Shown piece after piece: positions 27,901-42,200 of a stretch of DNA of 64,000 nt. Numbering within the stretch: the first letter of the stretch is position 1; every line of letters begins with the position of its first letter. The stretch covers positions 1 to 64,000 of the forward strand of contig CAXKVF010000089.1 of the NCBI GenBank assembly GCA_964057225.1, written 5' to 3'. This DNA comes from Auanema rhodensis. Taxonomy: Eukaryota; Animalia; Nematoda. A program made the translations under genes and the position numbers. The notes under the pieces are model-generated. The model had not been told where the DNA came from, searched no databases, and worked only from the letters and a program-made list of their open reading frames with translations.

Positions 27901-29040
27901 CTTTCACGTGGAGCGAGTTACATACCAAGTGCACATCACGTGTACATTTAATTAGCATAAATTAAAGTTCACGTAAATTTCAAAGTCATGGTTACCATGC
28001 ACCAATATCAATAAAAATTTGTTTTTAGACTAATATGGACATGGGGAATCTAATTTTGAAAACCGCATCTCTTTATCTTTCACGTGAAGCGAGTTACATA
28101 CCAAGTGCACATCACGTGTACATTTAATTAGCGTAAATTAAAGTTCACGTAAATTTCAAAGTCATGGTTACCATGAACCAATATCAATAAAAATTTGTTT
28201 TTAGACTAATATGGACATAGGGAATCTAATTTTGAAAACCGCATCTCTTTATCTTTCACGTGAAGCGAGTTACATACCAAGTGCACATCACGTGTACATT
28301 TAATTAGCATAAATTAAAGTTCACGTAAATTTCAAAGTCATGGTTACCATGAACCAATATCAATAAAAATTTGTTTTTAGACTAATATGGACATGGGGAA
28401 TCTAATTTTGAAAACCGCATCTCTTTATCTTTCACGTGAAGCGAGTTACATACCAAGTGCACATCACGTGTACATTTAATTAGCATAAATTAAAGTTCAC
28501 GTAAATTTCAAAGTCATGGTTACCATGAACCAATATCAATAAAAATTTGTTTTTAGACTAATATGGACATGGGGAATCTAATTTTGAAAACCGCATCTCT
28601 TTATCTTTCACGTGAAGCGAGTTACATACCAAGTGCACATCACGTGTACATTTAATTAGCATAAATTAAAGTTCACGTAAATTTCAAAGTCATGGTTACC
28701 ATGAACCAATATCAATAAAAATTTGTTTTTAGACTAATATGGACATGGGGAATCTAATTTTGAAAACCGCATCTCTTTATCTTTCACGTGAAGCGAGTTA
28801 CATACCAAGTGCACATCACGTGTACATTTAATTAGCATAAATTAAAGTTCACGTAAATTTCAAAGTCATGGTTACCATGAACCAATATCAATAAAAATTT
28901 GTTTTTAGACTAATATGGACATGGGGAATCTAATTTTGAAAACAGCATCTCTTTATCTTTCACGTGAAGCGAGTTACATACCAAGTGCACATCACGTGTA
29001 CATTTAATTAGCATAAATTAAAGTTCACGTAAAATTCAAA

Positions 29041-32000
29041 GTCATGGTTACCATGCACCAATATCAATAAAAATTTGTTTTTAGACTGATATGGACATGG
29101 GGAATCTAATTTTGAAAACCGCATCTCTTTATCTTTCACGTGAAGCGAGTTACATACCAAGTGCACATCACGTGTACATTTAATTAGCATAAATTAAAGT
29201 TCACGTAAATTTCAAAGTCATGGTTACCATGCACCAATATCAATAAAAATTTGTTTTTAGACTAATATGGACATGGGGAATGTAATTTTGAAAACCGCAT
29301 CTCTTTATCTTTCACGTGGAGCGAGTTACATACCAAGTGCACATCACGTGTACATTTAATTAGCATAAATTAAAGTTCACGTAAATTTCAAAGTCATGGT
29401 TACCATGCACCAATATCAATAAAAATTTGTTTTTAGACTAATATGGACATGGGGAATCTAATTTTGAAAACCGCATCTCTTTATCTTTCACGTGAAGCGA
29501 GTTACATACCAAGTGCACATCACGTGTACATTTAATTAGCGTAAATTAAAGTTCACGTAAATTTCAAAGTCATGGTTACCATGAACCAATATCAATAAAA
29601 ATTTGTTTTTAGACTAATATGGACATAGGGAATCTAATTTTGAAAACCGCATCTCTTTATCTTTCACGTGAAGCGAGTTACATACCAAGTGCACATCACG
29701 TGTACATTTAATTAGCATAAATTAAAGTTCACGTAAATTTCAAAGTCATGGTTACCATGAAGCAATATCAATAAAAATTTGTTTTTAGACTAATATGGAC
29801 ATGGGGAATCTAATTTTGAAAACCGCATCTCTTTATCTTTCACGTGAAGCGAGTTACATACCAAGTGCACATCACGTGTACATTTAATTAGCATAAATTA
29901 AAGTTCACGTAAATTTCAAAGTCATGGTTACCATGAACCAATATCAATAAAAATTTGTTTTTAGACTAATATGGACATGGGGAATCTAATTTTGAAAACA
30001 GCATCTCTTTATCTTTCACGTGAAGCGAGTTACATACCAAGTGCACATCACGTGTACATTTAATTAGCATAAATTAAAGTTCACGTAAAATTCAAAGTCA
30101 TGGTTACCATGCACCAATATCAATAAAAATTTGTTTTTAGACTAATATGGACATGGGGAATCTAATTTTGAAAACCGCATCTCTTTATCTTTCACGTGAA
30201 GCGAGTTACATACCAAGTGCACATCACGTGTACATTTAATTAGCATAAATTAAAGTTCACGTAAATTTCAAAGTCATGGTTACCATGCACCAATATCAAT
30301 AAAAATTTGTTTTTAGACTAATATGGACATGGGGAATGTAATTTTGAAAACCGCATCTCTTTATCTTTCACGTGGAGCGAGTTACATACCAAGTGCACAT
30401 CACGTGTACATTTAATTAGCATAAATTAAAGTTCACGTAAATTTCAAAGTCATGGTTACCATGCACCAATATCAATAAAAATTTGTTTTTAGACTAATAT
30501 GGACATGGGGAATCTAATTTTGAAAACCGCATCTCTTTATCTTTCACGTGAAGCGAGTTACATACCAAGTGCACATCACGTGTACATTTAATTAGCGTAA
30601 ATTAAAGTTCACGTAAATTTCAAAGTCATGGTTACCATGAACCAATATCAATAAAAATTTGTTTTTAGACTAATATGGACATAGGGAATCTAATTTTGAA
30701 AACCGCATCTCTTTATCTTTCACGTGAAGCGAGTTACATACCAAGTGCACATCACGTGTACATTTAATTAGCATAAATTAAAGTTCACGTAAATTTCAAA
30801 GTCATGGTTACCATGAAGCAATATCAATAAAAATTTGTTTTTAGACTAATATGGACATGGGGAATCTAATTTTGAAAACCGCATCTCTTTATCTTTCACG
30901 TGAAGCGAGTTACATACCAAGTGCACATCACGTGTACATTTAATTAGCATAAATTAAAGTTCACGTAAATTTCAAAGTCATGGTTACCATGAACCAATAT
31001 CAATAAAAATTTGTTTTTAGACTAATATGGACATGGGGAATCTAATTTTGAAAACAGCATCTCTTTATCTTTCACGTGAAGCGAGTTACATACCAAGTGC
31101 ACATCACGTGTACATTTAATTAGCATAAATTAAAGTTCACGTAAAATTCAAAGTCATGGTTACCATGCACCAATATCAATAAAAATTTGTTTTTAGACTA
31201 ATATGGACATGGGGAATCTAATTTTGAAAACCGCATCTCTTTATCTTTCACGTGAAGCGAGTTACATACCAAGTGCACATCACGTGTACATTTAATTAGC
31301 ATAAATTAAAGTTCACGTAAATTTCAAAGTCATGGTTACCATGCACCAATATCAATAAAAATTTGTTTTTAGACTAATATGGACATGGGGAATGTAATTT
31401 TGAAAACCGCATCTCTTTATCTTTCACGTGGAGCGAGTTACATACCAAGTGCACATCACGTGTACATTTAATTAGCATAAATTAAAGTTCACGTAAATTT
31501 CAAAGTCATGGTTACCATGAAGCAATATCAATAAAATCATGTTTTTGGACTAATATGGACATGGGGAATCTAATTTTGAAAACCGCATCTCTTTATCTTT
31601 CACGTGAAGCGAGTTACATATCAAGTGCACATCACGTGTACATTTAATTAGCATAAATTAAAGTTCACGTAAATTTCAAAGTCATGGTTACCATGCACCA
31701 ATATCAATAAAAATTTGTCTTTAGACTAATATGGACATGGGGAATATAATTTTGAAAACCGCATCTCTTTATCTTTCACGTGAAGCGAGTTACATACCAA
31801 GTGCACATCACGTGTACATTTAATTAGCATAAATTAAAGTTCACGTAAATTTCAAAGTCATGGTTACCATGCACCAATATCAATAAAAATTTGTTTTTAG
31901 ACTAATATGGACATGGGGAATCTAATTTTGAAAACCGCATCTCTTTATCTTTCACGTGAAGCGAGTTACATACCAAGTGCACATCACGTGTACATTTAAT

Positions 32001-33264
32001 TAGCGTAAATTAAAGTTCACGTAAATTTCAAAGTCATGGTTACCATGAACCAATATCAATAAAAATTTGTTTTTAGACTAATATGGACATGGGGAATCTA
32101 ATTTTGAAAACCGCATCTCTTTATCTTTCACGTGAAGCGAGTTACATACCAAGTGCACATCACGTGTACATTTAATTAGCATAAATTAAAGTTCACGTAA
32201 ATTTCAAAGTCATGGTTACCATGCACCAATATCAATAAAAATTTGTTTTTAGACTAATATGGACATGGGGAATCTAATTTTGAAAACCGCATCTCTTTAT
32301 CTTTCACGTGAAGCGAGTTACATACCAAGTGCACATCACGTGTACATTTAATTAGCATAAATTAAAGTTCACGTAAATTTCAAAGTCATGGTTACCATGC
32401 ACCAATATCAATAAAAATTTGTTTTTAGACTAATATGGACATGGGGAATGTAATTTTGAAAACCGCATCTCTTTATCTTTCACGTGGAGCGAGTTACATA
32501 CCAAGTGCACATCACGTGTACATTTAATTAGCATAAATTAAAGTTCACGTAAATTTCAAAGTCATGGTTACCATGAAGCAATATCAATAAAATCATGTTT
32601 TTGGACTAATATGGACATGGGGAATCTAATTTTGAAAACCGCATCTCTTTATCTTTCACGTGAAGCGAGTTACATATCAAGTGCACATCACGTGTACATT
32701 TAATTAGCATAAATTAAAGTTCACGTAAATTTCAAAGTCATGGTTACCATGCACCAATATCAATAAAAATTTGTCTTTAGACTAATATGGACATGGGGAA
32801 TATAATTTTGAAAACCGCATCTCTTTATCTTTCACGTGAAGCGAGTTACATACCAAGTGCACATCACGTGTACATTTAATTAGCATAAATTAAAGTTCAC
32901 GTAAATTTCAAAGTCATGGTTACCATGCACCAATATCAATAAAAATTTGTTTTTAGACTAATATGGACATGGGGAATCTAATTTTGAAAACCGCATCTCT
33001 TTATCTTTCACGTGAAGCGAGTTACATACCAAGTGCACATCACGTGTACATTTAATTAGCGTAAATTAAAGTTCACGTAAATTTCAAAGTCATGGTTACC
33101 ATGAACCAATATCAATAAAAATTTGTTTTTAGACTAATATGGACATGGGGAATCTAATTTTGAAAACCGCATCTCTTTATCTTTCACGTGAAGCGAGTTA
33201 CATACCAAGTGCACATCACGTGTACATTTAATTAGCATAAATTAAAGTTCACGTAAATTTCAAA
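29041..33264. repeat. Local 6-monomer (1056 bp) higher-order repeat, four periods of two subtypes
   Basis: C66G+A103G monomers start at 29217, 30273, 31329 and 32385, exactly 1056 bp apart. The first two periods continue A149G, G59A, C18G, C80A+T170A. The last two continue with the divergent monomer, T39C+C66A, A149G. Confidence 0.88.
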
Positions 33265-36200
33265 GTCATGGTTACCATGAACCAATATCAATAAAAATTT
33301 GTTTTTAGACTAATATGGACATGGGGAATCTAATTTTGAAAACCGCATCTCTTTATCTTTCACGTGAAGCGAGTTACATACCAAGTGCACATCACGTGTA
33401 CATTTAATTAGCATAAATTAAAGTTCACGTAAATTTCAAAGTCATGGTTACCATGAACCAATATCAATAAAAATTTGTTTTTAGACTAATATGGACATGG
33501 GGAATCTAATTTTGAAAACCGCATCTCTTTATCTTTCACGTGAAGCGAGTTACATACCAAGTGCACATCACGTGTACATTTAATTAGCATAAATTAAAGT
33601 TCACGTAAATTTCAAAGTCATGGTTACCATGCACCTATATCAATAAAAATTTGTTTTTAGACTAATATGGACATGGGGAATCTAATTTTGAAAACGGCAT
33701 CTCTTTATCTTTCACGTGAAGCGAGTTACATACCAAGTGCACATCACGTGTACATTTAATTAGCATAAATTAAAGTTCACGTAAATTTCAAAGTCATGGT
33801 TACCATGCACCAATATCAATAAAAATTTGTTTTTAGACTAATATGGACATGGGGAATCTAATTTTGAAAACCGCATCTCTTTATCTTTCACGTGAAGCGA
33901 GTTACATACCAAGTGCACATCACGTGTACATTTAATTAGCATAAATTAAAGTTCACGTAAATTTCAAAGTCATGGTTACCATGCACCAATATCAATAAAA
34001 ATTTGTTTTTAGACTAATATGGACATGGGAAATCTAATTTTGAAAACCGCATCTCTTTATCTTTCACGTGAAGCGAGTTACATACCAAGTGCACATCACG
34101 TGTACATTTAATTAGCATAAATTAAAGTTCACGTAAATTTCAAAGTCATGGTTACCATGCACCAATATCAATAAAAATTTGTTTTTAGACTAATATGGAC
34201 ATGGGGAATCTAATTTTGAAAACCGCATCTCTTTATCTTTCACGTGAAGCGAGTTACATACCAAGTGCACATCACGTGTACATTTAATTAGCGTAAATTA
34301 AAGTTCACGTAAATTTCAAAGTCATGGTTACCATGAACCAATATCAATAAAAATTTGTTTTTAGACTAATATGGACATGGGGAATCTAATTTTGAAAACC
34401 GCATCTCTTTATCTTTCACGTGAAGCGAGTTACATACCAAGTGCACATCACGTGTACATTTAATTAGCATAAATTAAAGTTCACGTAAATTTCAAAGTCA
34501 TGGTTACCATGCACCAATATCAATAAAAATTTGTTTTTAGACTAATATGGACATGGGGAATCTAATTGTGAAAACCGCATCTCTTTATCTTTCACGTGAA
34601 GCGAGTTACATACCAAGTGCACATCACGTGTACATTTAATTAGCATAAATTAAAGTTCACGTAAATTTCAAAGTCATGGTTACCATGAACCAATATCAAT
34701 AAAAATTTGTTTTTAGACTAATATGGACATGGGGAATCTAATTTTGAAAACCGCATCTCTTTATCTTTCACGTGAAGCGAGTTACATACCAAGTGCACAT
34801 CACGTGTACATTTAATTAGCATAAATTAAAGTTCACGTAAATTTCAAAGTCATGGTTACCATGAACCAATATCAATAAAAATTTGTTTTTAGACTAATAT
34901 GGACATGGGGAATCTAATTTTGAAAACCGCATCTCTTTATCTTTCACGTGAAGCGAGTTACATACCAAGTGCACATCACGTGTACATTTAATTAGCATAA
35001 ATTAAAGTTCACGTAAATTTCAAAGTCATGGTTACCATGCACCTATATCAATAAAAATTTGTTTTTAGACTAATATGGACATGGGGAATCTAATTTTGAA
35101 AACCGCATCTCTTTATCTTTCACGTGAAGCGAGTTACATACCAAGTGCACATCACGTGTACATTTAATTAGCATAAATTAAAGTTCACGTAAATTTCAAA
35201 GTCATGGTTACCATGCACCAATATCAATAAAAATTTGTTTTTAGACTAATATGGACATGGGGAATCTAATTTTGAAAACCGCATCTCTTTATCTTTCACG
35301 TGAAGCGAGTTACATACCAAGTGCACATCACGTGTACATTTAATTAGCGTAAATTAAAGTTCACGTAAATTTCAAAGTCATGGTTACCATGAACCAATAT
35401 CAATAAAAATTTGTTTTTAGACTAATATGGACATGGGGAATCTAATTTTGAAAACCGCATCTCTTTATCTTTCACGTGAAGCGAGTTACATACCAAGTGC
35501 ACATCACGTGTACATTTAATTAGCATAAATTAAAGTTCACGTAAATTTCAAAGTCATGGTTACCATGCACCAATATCAATAAAAATTTGTTTTTAGACTA
35601 ATATGGACATGGGGAATCTAATTTTGAAAACCGCATCTCTTTATCTTTCACGTGAAGCGAGTTACATACCAAGTGCACATCACGTGTACATTTAATTAGC
35701 ATAAATTAAAGTTCACGTAAATTTCAAAGTCATGGTTACCATGAACCAATATCAATAAAAATTTGTTTTTAGACTAATATGGACATGGGGAATCTAATTT
35801 TGAAAACTGCATCTCTTCATCTTTCACGTGAAGCGAGTTACATACCAAGTGCACATCACGTGTACATTTAATTAGCATAAATTAAAGTTCACGTAAATTT
35901 CAAAGTCATGGTTACCATGCACCAATATCAATAAAAATTTGTTTTTAGACTAATATGGACATGGGGAATCTAATTTTGAAAACCGCATCTCTTTATCTTT
36001 CACGTGAAGCGAGTTACATACCAAGTGCACATCACGTGTACATTTAATTAGCATAAATTAAAGTTCACGTAAATTTCAAAGTCATGGTTACCATGCACCA
36101 ATATCAATAAAAATTTGTTTTTAGACTAATATGGACATGGGGAATCTAATTTTGAAAACCGCATCTCTTTATCTTTCACGTGAAGCGAGTTACATACCAA

Positions 36201-39200
36201 GTGCACATCACGTGTACATTTAATTAGCATAAATTAAAGTTCACGTAAATTTCAAAGTCATGGTTACCATGCACCAATATCAATAAAAATTTGTTTTTAG
36301 ACTAATATGGACATGGGGAATCTAATTTTGAAAACCGCATCTCTTTATCTTTCACGTGAAGCGAGTTACATACCAAGTGCACATCACGTGTACATTTAAT
36401 TAGCGTAAATTAAAGTTCACGTAAATTTCAAAGTCATGGTTACCATGAACCAATATCAAAAAAATTTGTTTTTAGACTAATATGGACATGGGGAATCTAA
36501 TTTTGAAAACCGCATCTCTTTATCTTTCACGTGAAGCGAGTTACATACCAAGTGCACATCACGTGTACATTTAATTAGCATAAATTAAAGTTCACGTAAA
36601 TTTCAAAGTCATGGTTACCATGAACCAATATCAATAAAAATTTGTTTTTAGACTAATATGGACATGGGGAATCTAATTTTGAAAACTGCATCTCTTCATC
36701 TTTCACGTGAAGCGAGTTACATACCAAGTGCACATCACGTGTACATTTAATTAGCATAAATTAAAGTTCACGTAAATTTCAAAGTCATGGTTACCATGCA
36801 CCAATATCAATAAAAATTTGTTTTTAGACTAATATGGACATGGGGAATCTAATTTTGAAAACCGCATCTCTTTATCTTTCACGTGAAGCGAGTTACATAC
36901 CAAGTGCACATCACGTGTACATTTAATTAGCATAAATTAAAGTTCACGTAAATTTCAAAGTCATGGTTACCATGCACCAATATCAATAAAAATTTGTTTT
37001 TAGACTAATATGGACATGGGGAATCTAATTTTGAAAACCGCATCTCTTTATCTTTCACGTGAAGCGAGTTACATACCAAGTGCACATCACGTGTACATTT
37101 AATTAGCATAAATTAAAGTTCACGTAAATTTCAAAGTCATGGTTACCATGAACCAATATCAATAAAAATTTGTTTTTAGACTAATATGGACATGGGGAAT
37201 CTAATTTTGAAAACAGCATCTCTTTATCTTTCACGTGAAGCGAGTTACATACCAAGTGCACATCACGTGTACATTTAATTAGCATAAATTAAAGTTCACG
37301 TAAATTTCAAAGTCATGGTTACCATGAACCAATATCAATAAAAATTTGTTTTTAGACTAATATGGACATGGGGAATCTAATTTTGAAAACCGCATCTCTT
37401 TATCTTTCACGTGAAGCGAGTTACATACCAAGTGCACATCACGTGTACATTTAATTAGCATAAATTAAAGTTCACGTAAATTTCAAAGTCATGGTTACCA
37501 TGAACCAATATCAATAAAAATTTGTTTTTAGACTAATATGGACATGGGGAATCTAATTTTGAAAACTGCATCTCTTCATCTTTCACGTGAAGCGAGTTAC
37601 ATACCAAGTGCACATCACGTGTACATTTAATTAGCATAAATTAAAGTTCACGTAAATTTCAAAGTCATGGTTACCATGCACCAATATCAATAAAAATTTG
37701 TTTTTAGACTAATATGGACATGGGGAATCTAATTTTGAAAACCGCATCTCTTTATCTTTCACGTGAAGCGAGTTACATACCAAGTGCACATCACGTGTAC
37801 ATTTAATTAGCATAAATTAAAGTTCACGTAAATTTCAAAGTCATGGTTACCATGCACCAATATCAATAAAAATTTGTTTTTAGACTAATATGGACATGGG
37901 GAATCTAATTTTGAAAACCGCATCTCTTTATCTTTCACGTGAAGCGAGTTACATACCAAGTGCACATCACGTGTACATTTAATTAGCATAAATTAAAGTT
38001 CACGTAAATTTCAAAGTCATGGTTACCATGCACCAATATCAATAAAAATTTGTTTTTAGACTAATATGGACATGGGGAATCTAATTTTGAAAACCGCATC
38101 TCTTTATCTTTCACGTGAAGCGAGTTACATACCAAGTGCACATCACGTGTACATTTAATTAGCGTAAATTAAAGTTCACGTAAATTTCAAAGTCATGGTT
38201 ACCATGAACCAATATCAATAAAAATTTGTTTTTAGACTAATATGGACATGGGGAATCTAATTTTGAAAACCGCATCTCTTTATCTTTCACGTGAAGCGAG
38301 TTACATACCAAGTGCACATCACGTGTACATTTAATTAGCATAAATTAAAGTTCACGTAAATTTCAAAGTCATGGTTACCATGAACCAATATCAATAAAAA
38401 TTTGTTTTTAGACTAATATGGACATGGGGAATCTAATTTTGAAAACCGCATCTCTTTATCTTTCACGTGAAGCGAGTTACATACCAAGTGCACATCACGT
38501 GTACATTTAATTAGCATAAATTAAAGTTCACGTAAATTTCAAAGTCATGGTTACCATGAACCAATATCAATAAAAATTTGTTTTTAGACTAATATGGACA
38601 TGGGGAATCTAATTTTGAAAACCGCATCTCTTTATCTTTCACGTGAAGCGAGTTACATACCAAGTGCACATCACGTGTACATTTAATTAGCATAAATTAA
38701 AGTTCACGTAAATTTCAAAGTCATGGTTACCATGAACCAATATCAATAAAAATTTGTTTTTAGACTAATATGGACATGGGGAATCTAATTTTGAAAACCG
38801 CATCTCTTTATCTTTCACGTGAAGCGAGTTACATACCAAGTGCACATCACGTGTACATTTAATTAGCATAAATTAAAGTTCACGTAAATTTCAAAGTCAT
38901 GGTTACCATGCACCAATATCAATAAAAATTTGTTTTTAGACTAATATGGACATGGGGAATCTAATTTTGAAAACCGCATCTCTTTATCTTTCACGTGAAG
39001 CGAGTTACATACCAAGTGCACATCACGTGTACATTTAATTAGCATAAATTAAAGTTCACGTAAATTTCAAAGTCATGGTTACCATGCACCAATATCAATA
39101 AAAATTTGTTTTTAGACTAATATGGACATGGGGAATCTAATTTTGAAAACCGCATCTCTTTATCTTTCACGTGAAGCGAGTTACATACCAAGTGCACATC

Positions 39201-42200
39201 ACGTGTACATTTAATTAGCATAAATTAAAGTTCACGTAAATTTCAAAGTCATGGTTACCATGAACCAATATCAATAAAAATTTGTTTTTAGACTAATATG
39301 GACATGGGGAATCTAATTTTGAAAACAGCATCTCTTTATCTTTCACGTGAAGCGAGTTACATACCAAGTGCACATCACGTGTACATTTAATTAGCATAAA
39401 TTAAAGTTCACGTAAAATTCAAAGTCATGGTTACCATGCACCAATATCAATAAAAATTTGTTTTTAGACTAATATGGACATGGGGAATCTAATTTTGAAA
39501 ACCGCATCTCTTTATCTTTCACGTGAAGCGAGTTACATACCAAGTGCACATCACGTGTACATTTAATTAGCATAAATTAAAGTTCACGTAAATTTCAAAG
39601 TCATGGTTACCATGCACCAATATCAATAAAAATTTGTTTTTAGACTAATATGGACATGGGGAATGTAATTTTGAAAACCGCATCTCTTTATCTTTCACGT
39701 GGAGCGAGTTACATACCAAGTGCACATCACGTGTACATTTAATTAGCATAAATTAAAGTTCACGTAAATTTCAAAGTCATGGTTACCATGCACCAATATC
39801 AATAAAAATTTGTTTTTAGACTAATATGGACATGGGGAATCTAATTTTGAAAACCGCATCTCTTTATCTTTCACGTGAAGCGAGTTACATACCAAGTGCA
39901 CATCACGTGTACATTTAATTAGCGTAAATTAAAGTTCACGTAAATTTCAAAGTCATGGTTACCATGAACCAATATCAATAAAAATTTGTTTTTAGACTAA
40001 TATGGACATAGGGAATCTAATTTTGAAAACCGCATCTCTTTATCTTTCACGTGAAGCGAGTTACATACCAAGTGCACATCACGTGTACATTTAATTAGCA
40101 TAAATTAAAGTTCACGTAAATTTCAAAGTCATGGTTACCATGAAGCAATATCAATAAAAATTTGTTTTTAGACTAATATGGACATGGGGAATCTAATTTT
40201 GAAAACCGCATCTCTTTATCTTTCACGTGAAGCGAGTTACATACCAAGTGCACATCACGTGTACATTTAATTAGCATAAATTAAAGTTCACGTAAATTTC
40301 AAAGTCATGGTTACCATGCACCAATATCAATAAAAATTTGTTTTTAGACTAATATGGACATGGGGAATCTAATTTTGAAAACCGCATCTCTTTATCTTTC
40401 ACGTGAAGCGAGTTACATACCAAGTGCACATCACGTGTACATTTAATTAGCGTAAATTAAAGTTCACGTAAATTTCAAAGTCATGGTTACCATGAACCAA
40501 TATCAATAAAAATTTGTTTTTAGACTAATATGGACATGGGGAATCTAATTTTGAAAACAGCATCTCTTTATCTTTCACGTGAAGCGAGTTACATACCAAG
40601 TGCACATCACGTGTACATTTAATTAGCATAAATTAAAGTTCACGTAAAATTCAAAGTCATGGTTACCATGCACCAATATCAATAAAAATTTGTTTTTAGA
40701 CTAATATGGACATGGGGAATCTAATTTTGAAAACCGCATCTCTTTATCTTTCACGTGAAGCGAGTTACATACCAAGTGCACATCACGTGTACATTTAATT
40801 AGCATAAATTAAAGTTCACGTAAATTTCAAAGTCATGGTTACCATGCACCAATATCAATAAAAATTTGTTTTTAGACTAATATGGACATGGGGAATGTAA
40901 TTTTGAAAACCGCATCTCTTTATCTTTCACGTGGAGCGAGTTACATACCAAGTGCACATCACGTGTACATTTAATTAGCATAAATTAAAGTTCACGTAAA
41001 TTTCAAAGTCATGGTTACCATGAAGCAATATCAATAAAATCATGTTTTTGGACTAATATGGACATGGGGAATCTAATTTTGAAAACCGCATCTCTTTATC
41101 TTTCACGTGAAGCGAGTTACATATCAAGTGCACATCACGTGTACATTTAATTAGCATAAATTAAAGTTCACGTAAATTTCAAAGTCATGGTTACCATGCA
41201 CCAATATCAATAAAAATTTGTCTTTAGACTAATATGGACATGGGGAATATAATTTTGAAAACCGCATCTCTTTATCTTTCACGTGAAGCGAGTTACATAC
41301 CAAGTGCACATCACGTGTACATTTAATTAGCATAAATTAAAGTTCACGTAAATTTCAAAGTCATGGTTACCATGAAGCAATATCAATAAAATCATGTTTT
41401 TGGACTAATATGGACATGGGGAATCTAATTTTGAAAACCGCATCTCTTTATCTTTCACGTGAAGCGAGTTACATATCAAGTGCACATCACGTGTACATTT
41501 AATTAGCATAAATTAAAGTTCACGTAAATTTCAAAGTCATGGTTACCATGAACCAATATCAATAAAAATTTGTTTTTAGACTAATATGGACATGGGGAAT
41601 CTAATTTTGAAAACCGCATCTCTTTATCTTTCACGTGAAGCGAGTGACATACCAAGTGCACATCACGTGTACATTTAATTAGCATAAATTAAAGTTCACG
41701 TAAATTTCAAAGTCATGGTTACCATGCACCAATATCAATAAAAATTTGTTTTTAGACTAATATGGACATGGGGAATCTAATTGTGAAAACCGCATCTCTT
41801 TATCTTTCACGTGAAGCGAGTTACATACCAAGTGCACATCACGTGTACATTTAATTAGCATAAATTAAAGTTCACGTAAATTTCAAAGTCATGGTTACCA
41901 TGAACCAATATCAATAAAAATTTGTTTTTAGACTAATATGGACATGGGGAATCTAATTTTGAAAACCGCATCTCTTTATCTTTCACGTGAAGCGAGTTAC
42001 ATACCAAGTGCACATCACGTGTACATTTAATTAGCATAAATTAAAGTTCACGTAAATTTCAAAGTCATGGTTACCATGAACCAATATCAATAAAAATTTG
42101 TTTTTAGACTAATATGGACATGGGGAATCTAATTTTGAAAACCGCATCTCTTTATCTTTCACGTGAAGCGAGTTACATACCAAGTGCACATCACGTGTAC

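Noticed and set aside
9648-29190. Seven near-identical 60-aa minus-strand ORFs (MLIKCTRDVHLV...)
   Set aside because: They appear only in monomers with A48G, which turns a minus-strand TAG into CAG. Each spans about one monomer, has no recognisable domain, and their spacing simply follows the block duplications. They are useful as markers but are not genes.
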